Source: Monocercomonoides exilis PA203 (Eukaryota > Protista > Preaxostyla). Taken from it: DNA of 64,000 nucleotides. Within the stretch, counting starts at the first letter, position 1. Every line of letters begins with the position of its first letter. The position numbers and the translations under genes were made by a program. The stretch spans positions 2,046,001 to 2,110,000 of the forward strand of contig LSRY02000004.1 of assembly GCA_001643675.2 (NCBI GenBank), in the 5' to 3' direction. Positions 38,768-52,508 of the stretch are shown in pieces. The notes beneath the pieces are model-generated. The model ran no database searches. It was given only the letters and a program-made list of their open reading frames with translations, and was not told where the DNA came from.

Positions 38768-38868
38768 TTAGAAATTTTTGAAATTATATTAGGGTCAGTT
38801 TGATCTAAACCTTTAGTGTGTATCTGTGTTTTGCAAATCTTTAAATCACATTTTTTAAACAAATACAC

Positions 38869-39606
38869 ATGGTCGGCCGAACAAAATCAATTTTACAAAC
38901 AATTCCATTAAATCTAGATTCGCCATTTACCGAAAATGCTTTAAAAAGTCCTGAAGACAGTTATCAACAAAAACAAGAAACTTCTTTGAAATCAATTACT
39001 TCTGTTAAATTGTCGGTGAATTCTATTGAAAATCAATCACAAAAAATAGATGATTCGTTCAATGATATTCCATTTGAACGGGCAACTGATTCTTGTGTGA
39101 TAATTTGCGCAAACACTGCTGTTGGTTTGGTTTCACCATTTGTGGTTTCAGCTGAAGGAAAAACTTCAAACGACGAATTGCAATGTCAAAATAAAGACAT
39201 TGTGACTCAATCTTCAAAAGATTTGTTTTCCAAAATTTTACACTTTTTCAATTATACACGTTCAATAAATGCAACAACATCATCTGAATTAATCATTGCA
39301 ATGGCATTGCTTCATAGAATTGTTCGAGTAGAAAAGAAAAGAGTTGTAGAAGGACATACATCAATCATTAGTCACAAAACATTGGGAACCATTTTGCTGT
39401 GTTCAATTATACTTTCACAAAAATTGTTGAGAGATAAGCCATTTAAAAATAGCTGGTGGAGTAGACATTGTAAAGTACCAATATCCATAATTAATGATTC
39501 TGAAGAAATGTTTTTAAAACTGCTTGATTACCGTTTGCATGTATCAGACGAAGATTTTGCGTTGATTTACGGCTCTTTTATTGAAAGAGCATCTAAATGT
39601 AGTTGA
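38869..39606 (+). CDS. PHO80/P-U-type cyclin
   Basis: Cyclin box LIIAMALLHR...ILLCSIILSQKLLRDKPFKNSWWS...INDSEEMFLKLLDYRLHV. Confidence 0.85.
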   Translation: MVGRTKSILQTIPLNLDSPFTENALKSPEDSYQQKQETSLKSITSVKLSVNSIENQSQKIDDSFNDIPFERATDSCVIICANTAVGLVSPFVVSAEGKTSNDELQCQNKDIVTQSSKDLFSKILHFFNYTRSINATTSSELIIAMALLHRIVRVEKKRVVEGHTSIISHKTLGTILLCSIILSQKLLRDKPFKNSWWSRHCKVPISIINDSEEMFLKLLDYRLHVSDEDFALIYGSFIERASKCS

Positions 39607-40106
39607 AACTTCTTTATTGTTTTAATGAAATTAGCATGATGCCTTGTGGTAAATTTGATCCTAAGACTTTTAAAGATGTGTCTTTTTCGAATACATTTTA
39701 CAGACCGTATATGTGCCTTTTTCAAAATAATAAATTTTTGGAATATATTTTTGAAATAAAATTCCCTATTGAGTTATTTGAGATAGTTATGTTGTACTTT
39801 TTTTCATTATTTTTATTGATCAATTCAAAAAACAAATTTTTCTTCAATTGTCTTCCTTTTTAAACATTGAATGATTTTTGATTGGCAAAAACCATTTTTT
39901 TTTCAATTTATTTTTCTAATTTTCAGCAGAAGAAAATATTTTGAAAAGTTACCAAGGTGTGAACATTGCGCGTTTTAAAAAAGAAAGAAAGAAAAAGAGA
40001 TGGAGAAAGAAAATAACTTCAAAAAAGAAACTTTTCAAAAAACGACAATTTGTTTATAGTCTTCTGCACAAATGTACAAATTATTATCAAAATACAAAAT
40101 TTTTTA

Positions 40107-40146
<40 letters not shown>

Positions 40147-42291
40147 TTTGTTTGTTTGTTTGAATAAATCTTTTTTTATTTGTGTGTTTGATTTTTTCAA
40201 TAAAAATTATGATTTCTTCTCATTTGTCTTTTCATTTCATTTTATTTATGTGAAAAAGGGATGATATTTCGATTTTTTTGCAATTAATCAATTTTCTTTT
40301 ATTGAATGGTTTGATCTGCTAAATCAAAAAATGTTTTAAAAAATGAGAACAGTGTCTTTGATCTTTTGAAAAATAAGAGAGTTTTTTTTATTAATCATTT
40401 TTATTTATTTTTTTTTCGGGATGTTGTTAAAAAAAATGATTTTCGTTTTTTTACAACAAAGAATTCATTCAAATATTCGAAAGAGTATCTCAATTTTCAA
40501 AAACAAATGTTTGGGATGAATTTTTGATCAGGTTTTCTGCTTTTCTTGAAATCACTTTTTAAGAGTTCAATTTGTGCGTTTATTTTTGACAAAAAATATT
40601 TTTGTGTGAAAAATTTCTTTTCTGTAATCTGTTTGAAATGTTTGAAAATGAAAAATGAATAGAGACAATGCAAACGTAAGACGTCTTCGAATTTCTTTTT
40701 TGTGAAACATTTTCCTTTGGTTCAATTGCAAATATATAAGACATTTTGGGTAAAATATGAGATTTCAAACTTTTTCATTGAAAAATTATGCACTTTTGAT
40801 TAACTATTTGTGATCAAAAAATTTATTGAAAATGAGAACAACTTTTGAATTACGTGTGAGTTCACAAAACGTTTTGTTATTATATCAATGATGTTTGTTT
40901 TCAGATATGAAAATCAAAATAATTATGAAATCTGGTTAAGTTTAATAATGTTTTAAGGGAAACAATTTTTTCATGCTTTGTGCATTAAAAGCTTGAAAGT
41001 CCATATTTTACTCCATTTCATATAAAATTTCCATTTGTAATCAAAGACCTTTTAAAAACCAAAGCACAGATAACAGAAATGATTCCAAAAATAATCACAC
41101 ATTTGTTGAACATGGATGCAATAATTGTTCATATTTCCAAAAAGATATTTCATCTTTTAATAACAATGAAAAGCTTATTTTGTGTTTTGTTAACAACGCT
41201 AAAACTTGAAAACCATTCACTCAAGATTTTCTTCCTTCTTTATGGAAAAACAAAATACTTTCCTAAGAAATAGAAAAGTTGATCAAAAATTCAAATTTTA
41301 TAAAAATGTTTCAAAGTGTTGAAAATCATTTTTTCATTTGGGGGAAAATTCGACCTTTCAAGGTTTTTTTGCACAAGGTATTGAAAAATTGCTTCACTCA
41401 TAACAATATTTCACTTTCTCAGATTTCAATATAAATTAGATTTTCATATCCGTATACAGGCATCGTTGAAATCAAAGCATAAAGTATTGTGACATTTCAC
41501 GAATGTCAAAAAATTGACCCATTTTTATTGTGTTTTAAATAATAAAAAGTCAATGAAAAGTGAAAAATTTTTCAATGAAAAAACTTGAAGCAAAATATTT
41601 TTCCACATTTAGCTTTATCAATAATTTTAAAAAGTTAAAAAAAAATATTAGCAATGAATAATTATATAATTTTGTTTGCTACAAAAAAACAAAACTACAA
41701 AGATACTAAAATGGAAAAGAAAATGCTTAATAAAGTAAAAACTTTGCTAAAAAAAAGAAAAAAAAATTACAATTGAATAAAATGAAAAATTTAAAATTTC
41801 TTTCATCATAAAGAATAATAATAATAATAATATAAGAAATTCAAATAGTTACATAAAAATATGAAGAAAAACAAGCAATGAGGAAATATAAACGTTATGA
41901 AATGAGAAATGTATTGTATTTGCATTCAGAAAATTACAAAACAGAGAAACAAAATTTATGTTCAACTTGTTTTCTGATAAAAATTTCTTTTAAAGATTGA
42001 TCTTCCTCTTCTCAAATAGTCAAATGCATACAGTTAGAAAAACGTAGTTGCCAATTAAAGAAACACAAATCGTGTCAAAAAATTAAAAAAAAAATAATCA
42101 ACTAAGGAAACTATGAAACATAAAGCACAAAACTCATCAACACCAAAGTTAATTCATAAAGTCATGATTACACGAAAACATTTATTTCAATTGTTATTGA
42201 AATAACTGTTTCCTTTTTACGTTTTGTTTCAACCCTGCAATCGAATAGATATCATACAAATTTAAAAAACAGCATTCAAATGATTTAATGC

Positions 42292-43953
42292 TCATCTTTT
42301 ATATTTATTTATCTTCTTCTTCTTCTTCTTTTTCTTGACTGAATTGTATTCAAGTGGATTTTCTCCTGGGCTCATCCACTCGAACTCCATCATGCTATTG
42401 CGCATCAGGCCATTCTGCATCTGATATGCTTGAGATGAAAAAGAAGGAGAAGGATACATTGGCGTTGAAGTGACAATCAAAGAAGACGGGTTCACATCTA
42501 ATCCATCTCTGTCATCAATGCAGACAGCTACGACAGGCTCGTTGCATTCGAGAAACGTGAATTCACGCTCAGCTGCGACTGCTTCGTTAAAATCTTCGTC
42601 TGAAGAAGCATTCTGTCCAGAAGAGGAGGAGGAAGAAGAAGACTGTAAATTGTTGCTTGCCAATGAGGAGTCAGGAGGGTTATTTAATTCTTCCCTTTTT
42701 GAGTTTGTAGAAGAAGAAGAAGAAGAAGAGGAAGGGGGAAGCAAGGAAGTAATATCTTGGTCTTCTATTCTCAGTGAATCATCAATTCTCAGCTTATTGC
42801 TAATCACACGGAATGTCTGAAGCATTGCCTCATTCACATTGTATTCCATTTCTACTCCTTCAATATCATCTTCATTTCCTAAAAGTGCTACCGCTTCCTG
42901 CTTTCTTTGCTTTTCCTTTTGCTGTGCTTTGAATCGAGTCTGATATTCCAGTTAAAAAAACAACAGAAAAAAAACAAATTTAATTGAAAAACATAACAGT
43001 AATATATGTTCGCTTTCACACTTCTTCTTCTTTCTTTTTTTCTTTATTCATTTTGTCACGCATTCGACTTGCTCTTCGTCTTCTTATCTCTTCTTCTTTC
43101 AGTGTTCTCCTTTTTTTCATGTTCCAAGAAACACAGGCTACAGTACATGCAATGATCATAATAATTAAAAGAACCAGAACCACAAGGAATATTGAAAAGA
43201 TAATTGTTGGAACTCCAGGTCTTGGCAAAACATCAGTTAAGCCTCCAAGAGTGTGATGATTAACTGGAGCTTTTGAAAAAGAAAATACAGATAAGATATT
43301 GACCAACAATAATGCAAATTCAAAAAGGCAATGAACAGCAAACCTTTTTTATTTATCTCTAAATCTTCTGCCTGGTTGCTAATGGTTTGATATAATTTTT
43401 TCCCTTTATTCAAGGTACACAAATGCATATCATGCGTCTCTTTCAATAATAATAATAGACTTTCAAACGAATGAGTTGCATCACAAATATTAAAGAATTC
43501 ATCATCCTTCGACAAAATTTGAGAAGTAGAGAGCAATCCACAAATCCAAGATAAAAGTTCCTTTTTAAAAAGTTTTGATTCAATTTTCGAGAAATCAAAA
43601 GCAAAAATATCTAAGCGGGAATTTTTATTAAAATTCACATTTTCAATACAGTCGCTAATTTGTGGCTGTATCTCAGAAAAATTGATAATATCCGTTTTGT
43701 TTAACAACTCAAATAAACCACAATCAAGTTCAAAATTTGTATTGTAGGATTCAAAAATACATTTTTGCACTTGATTTAAACACAAAGCATTGGGCTTGCT
43801 CGTCACTTTATTTGATAAAGCGTAAATGAACTCCACAAAATTTTTTGATGAATTCAGAGGTAAGGAAGAGTTCGAAGTATCATTATTTTGTTGTGATGAT
43901 ACAACTATATTATATATCAAGATTATGAGCAACACATTCAAACTGACTGCCAT
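42292..43953 (-). CDS. Type I membrane protein: signal peptide, Cys-containing ectodomain, single TM, Ser-rich tail; about 3 exons
   Basis: MAVSLNVLLIILIYNIVVS signal; TM segment IIFSIFLVVLVLLIIMIIACTVACV followed by KKRR; the downstream exon is in the 42849-42292 frame. Confidence 0.55.
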
Positions 43954-44159
43954 TTTTGAGAAAATGGAGAGAAACACAAAACTACTTATGTCCCCATATT
44001 TATTAAAAAATAATATCAGAATATTGTCTTTTAATTGTTTTCTTTTATCCAACCAATTATTATTCACGTAATTGAATGTTAACAAAATTAACCATAATAA
44101 ATATTACAGATTTTCTTTGCGAATTACTTTCATAAAAATAAAATTATAGAGAAATACAA

Positions 44160-45160
44160 ATGAGTGAAACTATTGAAGACTTTGTTCCCCATCCATTGAA
44201 AGTTATTATTTACGAAGAAGCAACAGGATATCCTCTTTATCAATCAGAGGTATTTGAAGGGAAAGATGATGTCATGGGTGTCTATGCTGCTGATAGAATT
44301 TGGTACTTAGCATTAAACTTATATAACTTTGCCAATTCTGTTGATTTAGAAGTTCCAAAATGTTTGACAAAAAAATTTGAAATCTATAATTAATAAGATT
44401 ATTGCATTTTTACTCATTTAGCCGAACGAGAAGTTGTAAAGATATGTTTTGAAACAACACAAAGTGATGACTCTTCTTCTTCATCAACATCAACATCTTC
44501 ATCACGTCGTGCCGATGTGGGAAAATTTGGACGGGCTCATGAACCTTCTCTTTCTGGAAGAGATGGCATTGGAATGGTATGCTCACAAAGAACTTACCAA
44601 GGAGCAACTTTGCGTTGCTTTACTTTGCATGATAATTCAATGTGTAGTGTATGCATATTTTGAAATAAAAATAGTAAATAAATTATATTTGTTTTTTCAT
44701 AAAAGGAGCCGCTGATGCGTAAAATGGTTGAGTTTAATGATTATGTAATAGATGATTATCTCACAATGATAAAGCCTCATTTTACGGATTTTAAAAGGCA
44801 ACTCCTTGGAATTGGAGAACAGGTATTATTATTTGACAAGAAAAATTTTTTAGAAATTAATTATTCAATAAATTTTAAAATCAGAAAGAGCATCCGTTCC
44901 GAAGGACTTTTAAAGATATCAATGAATTGTACTCAAAGAGGTTGAAGAGCCTTGTAGAAGACTTCAATGAGTCGTTGACAAGTAATAGAACAACTGAGAA
45001 ATGAAGAATTGGACATTGTGCAGTTATCAATCAAACATTTCCCAGAAGCCGTGGACTGCCCTAGTTTTTCTCTCGAAGGAAAACAGATCTCAGAAGCTTA
45101 ATGAGTTGTATCAATTCTTTGAAAAGATCACAACCTCCATTCGATGATATGAAAAAATAA
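44160..45160 (+). CDS. Small multi-exon hypothetical protein, possibly longin-like fold; 3' end uncertain
   Basis: MSETIEDFVPHPLKVIIYEEATGYPLYQ... followed by short coding segments separated by AT-rich intron-like gaps. Confidence 0.45.
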
Positions 45161-46365
45161 CAATTTGAAAGCATCGTTGAGATATATAATTTTCTTTTTT
45201 GACATATGCAAAATTGGAGAACATATAGATGTAGATTATTGCATTCATTCAACAAGAAATCTTTTTATCAAATAATTAAAACATTAATTTTCTTAAAAAA
45301 CATTTCCTGCAAAATGAATCAAATCTGAAATTATAATTACAGTTTTCTATATGTCAAAGAAAAAGTAATAAAAAAATTTCAAATACACAAAAAAGCAATA
45401 TCCTTTCTCTCAGTTTATTAAATGAAAACATTATTTAAAATCAACTTTCGAAGGCAATTCATTATTTATCTTTAAAATTAAAAGAAAAGCATATGTTGAA
45501 AATTGCTAAAAACAACGAAAAAGATGAAAGAAAATAAAAATAAAAAAAAAAAAAAAATCCAATTTTAATCTGAAAACAGTCGTATTTGATTGTTCAATTC
45601 AAACTTTTTTTAAAACAACTTCCGTTTTTGTCGTGATTTTCCTTTCGTTGAAAATAAGAGACATCTTTCAAAAAAATTTTTTTTGAAATATAAAATGTGA
45701 TTGTCCTTTCTTTTTGATATTTGAAAATACAGAGGTGTTGTTTTATATTTTTTGGAGAAGAAATGTGAAGATATTTTTTGTATTTATTAACATGTGATGA
45801 TGTTTCACTTACCAAAAAATAAAAAAAAAAATAGTTCTAAAAAATGGAAACTTTCTTTTTCTAAAATACAATAAGACATCTTGGATATTTCTATTTTGTT
45901 TGGAAGACACAATCAAGGAAAAAGGATAAAAAAAAGTAGTTTCAGACAATAACAACAAAGGCCGTTTATTTCCAATCAAATCAAATCAAAAAAGAACAAA
46001 GGAAAGGAAAATAAATGAAATGAAAACTATATTTTAAAATTTCAAATGAAGCAGCAGCGTCTGCTTTGTATTGATGCATCAGCCGGCTGCCTCAAATGTT
46101 ACACGCAATTGTTTTTCCAAATTAAAAATTCAAAAAAACGAAAGAGACATTCAGATAGATTGATAAACAGACAGAGAATAAAAAAATACATATTCAAAAA
46201 ATATTTCATTTTTTCTTTTCTTCTTTTAAATAAAAATAAGTTCCCTTCAACACATAACAAAACCATTCACTCAAAATTCTTTAATTCTTCTCCTCTTCCA
46301 ATCTTTCAGTTGTTTCCTTTCTCATTCTCTTCCATTCTTCTTCCCTCTCTCCCCTCTTCTCCTTT

Positions 46366-49300
46366 TCACCTGTCTTCTTCATTCTCAATGCCATCATCTT
46401 TCACTTCTTCATTGTTGCCCCCCTCTTCTTCATTCTGTGAAGGCGTGCTGCTGCTTTCTGAGCTTCCTGTTTCTGAATAAGAAGATGAGTCTGAATCCAA
46501 ACTGTCATCTTCAGAGACTGTTGAAGATGATGCTGGCAAACATGGATTTGAACGCAAAGTATTAGAAGAAGAAATAGAAGAAGTTGAGTTAGTATTTGTA
46601 TTAGTATTATTATTAACAGAAGAAGAAGAAGAAGAAGAAGCAGAAAGAGGAGGAGGAGGAACAGAAGGAGGCTGCATCTGAGCAGAAGGGATAAAAGGCA
46701 CCACATTGGCAGAGGCAGTTGAGGAGAGAGGGAAAGACAAGAAGGGATAAGCGCTGTAGATGGCAGCAGCAGCCTGCTGATGAGCCAAGTCCATACATTG
46801 GAGAGGGAAATATGCACCCTTCTGAGAAGAAACAGAAGGAGAGGAAGGCAAAGGAAAGGTGGGAGAGGAAGATATGGAGGAAGGAATAGAAGAAGAAGAA
46901 GAGGAAGAAGAAGAAATAGAGGCAGAAGGTGATGATGAAGAAGTTATTGAAGCAGCAGAAGTGATAGCAGGAGGAGTGGCTGAGGCAGCAGTGGGCATCA
47001 GCATAGGGAAAGCAGGAGAAGCTGAAGAGAAGAGAGGGAAGGCAGGGGAGGAGGTGCCAGGGGAGTAGACAGAAGGCATCGGAGAGTTGGCAGAGAGGAA
47101 GTGAGGGGAGTTGACGAAGAAGCGAGAGGGAGAAGAAGACATGGCAGTGTGGAAGATGTTGGGTGTGGTGTTTGGGGTGGAGAACATGGCAGAGGAAGAC
47201 AAGGAAGACAAAGAAGAAGAAGAAGAAGAAGAAGCAGAAGAGGAAGAGGAAGAGGAGGAGGAGGAGGAGGAAGATATGGAAGAAGAAGTTGAATTGGAGG
47301 TAGAGGAAAAAGAAGAAGAAGAGGAAGGAGATAAGGAAGAAGGAGATAAAGAAGAAATCGGATTCAGAGAAGAAGAAGCAGAAGAAGCCATAGAGTTCAT
47401 CAGAGTGGAAGGGGATGAAAGAGACAGAGAACCAGAAGAAGGGAAAGAAGGCAGCAGAGAAGAAGGAGAGATTTCTTGGTCACTTTGCTTGTTCAGTTTG
47501 GTGTCTGTTTGATTGATCTGATTTAATGTTGAAGGAGGAAGGGATGGAGCATTTGATTGAAAAGAGGAAGAAGTTACAGAAGAAGAAGAAGAAGAGGAGG
47601 AAGAAGAGGAGGAAGAAGAGGAGGAAGAAGCAAGTGGGGCAGAGAGAGGAGAGGAGAATTCTTGTTCTGCTCCAGTTTCAGTCAGAGAAAGAGAAGAGTG
47701 AGTGCGAGAAGAAGAAGAGAGGATGACTGGGCTTAATGAAAACGAGGAGGCTGATGACTGGGGGAATGGAGAAGCAGAAGCAATAGAAGAAGAAGAAGAG
47801 GAGGAAGAAGAAGGTGAAGATGTTGATGAAAGAGAAGAAGAAGAAGAAGAAGCAAGAACAGGAGCGGAAAGCGTGGCAGAAGCAGGAGCAGCAGCAGAAG
47901 GAGGATGAGAGTGGAGGAGAAGGGTGGAAGGAGAGGAAAGAGAAGAAAGAGAAGAGAAAGTGGAGATGAGGGCAGAAGAAGCAGATGAAAGTGCCACATC
48001 CAAAAGAGGGCGAGGTGAATGTCTCTCAGCAGATTCAGATGAAGGAGACAACATCGAAGACTTCAATGTGCCTGCAGAGGAGGTTGATAAAGGAGAGGAA
48101 GAGGAAGAGGAAGAAGAGGAAGAAGAAATCGAAAGAGTGGAGGAAGGCGAGGAAGAAGAAGAAGAAGCTAGCGAGGAAGGAGTCGAAAGAGCTTCAGAAA
48201 GCGAGGCAGAGCTTGAGCCTAGGAGATAGTGGGAGAGCTGTGCATTGTTCTGTACTCCGTATAAGAAAGGGGAGGCTGAAGCAAAAGCAGCAGCTGAGTT
48301 CTGGTGGGAGGTGAAAGGGATGGGCGAAGGGGAGTTGAGGAGAGAAGGGAAGAAGGAGAGGAAGGGGGCGACGAAGGGAACAGGAGAGGAGGTGCTGGCA
48401 GAAGAGCTGGGGGAGATGCAGACGTGGAGAGGGCCAGGGGATGCTGGGAAGGGGGAGGAGGTTTGCGGGGTGGATGAAGTGGAGGAGGAGGAGGAGGAAA
48501 GGGGAGAAGAGGAAGAAGAAGAGGAAGAAGAGGGAGAAGAAGAGAAAAGTGATTGGGATTGTAATTGTAATTGAGGGTGTGCTTGAGATGTTGATGGGGA
48601 TGATTGTGCTGAATTGGGGGTGTATGCGGTGAGTGTGGCAGAAGAAGAAGAGGAAGAAGAAGGAGAGGAAGGAGAGGAAGATGATAAAGTCAAAGGAGAA
48701 GAGGAAATGTTGGGAGCATTAGAGAAAAGAGAGGGAGATGACTGAAGGGAATTAGATGAGTCAGAAGAAGGCTCCTTCTCTTTCCGTTTGGCTGAGCTGG
48801 TTCTGTTGGAGGACTTTGACTTGGTGCTGTGATGAGAAGAAGATGAAGAAGGAGATCTGGAATGAGAATGAGAATGAGAATGGGAGTGGGAGTGAGAGTG
48901 AGAGTGTGAAGAAGAAGAAGATGATGATGAAGAGGAGGAGGAGGAGGAGGAGGAAGAAGAAGAAGAAGAAGTTGTAACATCTTTTGGAGTAATGGCAGGC
49001 AGAGAAAGAGAAGGTGAAAATGCAGAAGAGTTCAACGAAGAAGAAGAAGAAGCATTCGAAGATGCAGTAGTTGGAGCTGTAGAAGAGGAAGAAGAGGAAG
49101 AAGAAGAGGAAGAAGACGATGATGAGGAAGAAGAAAAAGATAAAGACAAAGGAGATGAAGCCATCTGAGCAGGAGCTGAAGAAGAAGAAGAAGAAGAAGT
49201 GGAAGGTATTCCTCCGATAAACAAAGGAGAAGGAGAAGGAGAAGAAGAAACAGAAGGATATGAAAGCAGCTGAAGCATTTGAGACGAAGGAGAGGAAGAA

Positions 49301-50570
49301 GAGAAGAGAAAGGGGAAATAAGGAGAAGATGCATTGGAAGGGATGGAGAACAAGGAATTGTATAATGAAGAATTAGAATTGGAAGAAGAGGAAGAAGAAG
49401 AGGAAGAATTAGAACCAGAAGAAGAAGATGATGATTCTCCTTCTTTTGCAGCTGAGCCAGATGAAGCAGATGAAGCAGATGAATCAGAAGGAGAGGCATT
49501 TGAAGCGAAAGGCTGTTCATTGTCAGATGAATGAGAAGAAGAAGAAGAAGATGTTGTTGCTGTGTCTAAAAGGGCAGCTAATTTTGGATGAGCTGGCTTG
49601 AATGTGGAAGGAATATTTGTTTGGTAGACAAAGGGAAACGAGGGAGAAGAGTTGAAGAAGGAGAAGGGGGCAGAGGAAGAAGAGGAAGAGGAAGAAGAGG
49701 AAGAGGAAGAGGAGGAGGAGGAGGAAGAAGAAGAAGAAGATGATGATGCATTCCCAAGAGGATTAGGAGAAGAGAATTGAGAGAGGGAAGGAGAAGGAGA
49801 AGGAGAAGAAGGGAACATAAAGGGAAACTGGGTGAAACCAGCACCGAACATTGAAGAAGAAGGAGTGGAAATTGAAGGGAGAAAGAGATTGGGCGAGGCA
49901 GAGGCAGCAGACGGATCGAGAGGCAGAGGAAAGGAAGAAGAAGAAGAAGAAGAAGATGTTGATGAAGAGGAAGCAGAAGAGGAAGATGAAGGATTATCGG
50001 ATAAAACATCATTTTCTGCAGAATTTGGAGATAACACAGAAGAAGAAGAAGAAGAAGAAGCAGAAGCAGAATTAGACTGTTGAGACTGATTCTGTTCCTG
50101 CACCTGTTTTTGAGTGTGTTGCATGAGCATCATCAACATCATCTGCTGCTGCTGAAGTGTGGCCAGCATCGGATTGAGGGCAAAGGATGCATTTGGATCA
50201 GTCTCAAATGGAGGAGAAGAGGAAGGGAAAGAGGAAGAGGAAGAAGAAGAAGAAGAAGAAGCAGAGGTAGATAAAGAAGCATTAGGAGCTGTAGAAGAAG
50301 ACAAAATAGAAGAAGGAGACGTTTGCGTCGTTGAGTCAATCATTTTGCTGACAAGCGACTCGAACGGAGCAGGAGGTTCGTTTGCTTCCTTCACATCCAG
50401 CGAAAAGAGAGGAAGAAGAGAAGAACTGCTAGTTGAGGTGTTTGTGTGTGGGTGGATGGCACTTGAGGGAACAGGGTCAGGCAGAAGAGGCTGAGTGATG
50501 ACAGCTGGCAGAGTCATCTCCTCAAACGACGCAAGTTTGCTGGATGGGGCAGAAGAGTTTGATGATACAG

Positions 50571-50601
<31 letters not shown>

Positions 50602-52375
50602 TGATGATGATAAAGAAGAAGCAGATAAAGAAGAAGTTAATGAAGTTGGTATAGAATTTGGCATAGAAGAAGAAGAAGAAGAAGCAGAAGCAGCAATATG
50701 AGCAGGAAACGAAGGAGGAGGGGGAGGAGGTATTTCTTTGTCAGAGCTGATGAAGAGTGTTGGAGAAGGAGGAGGAGGAGGCAGATGAGGTGGGGGAGGA
50801 GGCTGTGGAGGGACAGAAGGAGTGAGTATTTGGTGGAGAAAACGTCCTGGCTGAAAAGGGCGAGAATCGAGGTTGAATTGGAAGGGCTTAATATCAGCAT
50901 CTAGCTTCTTGTTGGAGGAAGAGAGAGAAGAAGAGATGGGTGCTGGAAGTGATGAAGGAAGTGATGAAGGCAATGAAGAAGGTATTGATTGAGGAATTGA
51001 TTGAGGGATTGATGGAGGCATTGAAGAAGAAATGGAAGAAGAAATAGAAGGAGGCAATGGTGGATGCAAAGAAGGTGGATTGCATGGCAGCAGAGCTGAT
51101 GAAACAGGAGAAGCTGAACGGGATGCGTTGTTTCGTGTGGAAGTGGGTGATATTTGGTTGATGAGCGATGGAAGCGCTGAAACTGGGCTGAGTGGATAAC
51201 TTCTGTGAATATTCACTGAAGAAGCAGAAGCAGCAGCAATTGAAGAAGAGGAAGAGGGTGCTGTTGAAGAAGAAGAAGATGAACCAGCAGAAAAAGAGAC
51301 TGGAATGGGAAGAAGAGGAATTCTTGTTGGAGAATCAGATGAAAGGATAGCGCCTGCTGGAGGGTTGAGCGGGAGCAGCGCACCTGCCGAAGCATGTGAA
51401 GGAGAGAGTGATGTTGGAGAAGTCAGAAGGGATGAAGAAAAACCTGCTGTTCCTGCTACTCCCCTCGCTGCTGATGACGAAGCTGCACCATATTCAGAAT
51501 CCGATGAATCAGATGCGCTGAAGTACAAGGGCTGTGAATACCCTCCCATTGCGTCTTCTCCATCTGATCTTTCTGCGAAAAACCTTCGATTTGCGTATCT
51601 TTCTCTCTGGACATCTCCTCTTTCACCTCGATTTTTCCCTTCAGAATTGTCATTTTTCCCTCCCCTCTTTCTTCCACCTCTTTGCGAATTTTGCATACTC
51701 TTAGCTTCTTTATTTTTCTCAGAATTTGCAAATTTAACCACCAAAGGGAATATTGATTTCGGTAATTTTGTTCTGTTTAAACGAGCTATCGCTTCTGTGG
51801 CACTTTCAAGATGCGAGAATTTAACGAATCCCGCACCTCGTCCTTCTCCAAGGTTCGAAGGCGTTATGAAAACATCAACAATTTCACCGAATTCTTTGAA
51901 TACGCTTCTAAGTTCTTGTTCAGTCATTCTTGTTGGTAAATTTCCGATAAATAACTTAAATTCAGTTCTTGCCTGTTGCGAATCAGAAATGCGCACCTGT
52001 AATTTGCCAGGGCCCTAAGTTTGATAAATGAGAGTGAAAATTGAATTTTGACATGAAATAAATGAATATGAGCTCAACACACCCCCGGAAGTGTCACTTT
52101 TTGATGCAACGCTTCCACGCAAGAAATTGCATTTTCTTCCTTTTCATAAAATACAAAGCAGCATCCTTACACATAAAATTATAGTTAAATGAAATAAAGT
52201 CTTCAAATAACATCAAAAAATCGCATTTACCTTTATGCTCGTTTGTATATTTATCTCTCAGGATTGAAAGATTTACCACTGGTCCAAATGGTATAAATGT
52301 TGGAAGTAATTGCTGTTCAGTTAAATTCTTTGGAATTTGACCAACAAATACTTTCGTTGGACTTTTTTTTTGCAT
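46366..52375 (-). CDS. CELF/Bruno/FCA-like two-RRM RNA-binding protein with ~1700-aa Ser/Pro-rich tail; 3 exons
   Basis: RRM1 KVFVGQIPKNLTE...ILRDKYTNEHKG|CCFVFY...ALHQKVTLPG; linker KLQVRISDS; RRM2 KLFIGNLP...RGAGFVKF...PLVVKFA. These closely match CELF RRM1-RRM2. Confidence 0.85.
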
Positions 52376-52508
52376 AAGAAAAGGAAGAAAACGCTTAAGG
52401 AAAATTTGATCTTTAATTATTTCGTGAGTGAAGCTTTCAAGATAAATGAATTGGATTGATATGAATGTAAAATAAACAAAAGTAAGTGTTGCCAAAAAAT
52501 TCTTATAG

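Noticed and set aside
39610-42290. Short ORFs in a 2.7-kb very AT-rich gap
   Set aside because: Phe/Lys/Ile-biased spurious ORFs; I recognised no TIRs or RNA gene there by eye.
46859-51085. Many plus-strand poly-Glu/Lys ORFs and alternate-frame poly-Leu ORFs (also at 4705-7023, 30094-32244 and 62273-63241)
   Set aside because: They are antisense or alternate-frame shadows of (TCT)n/(GAA)n tracts, which lack stop codons; no independent coding evidence.
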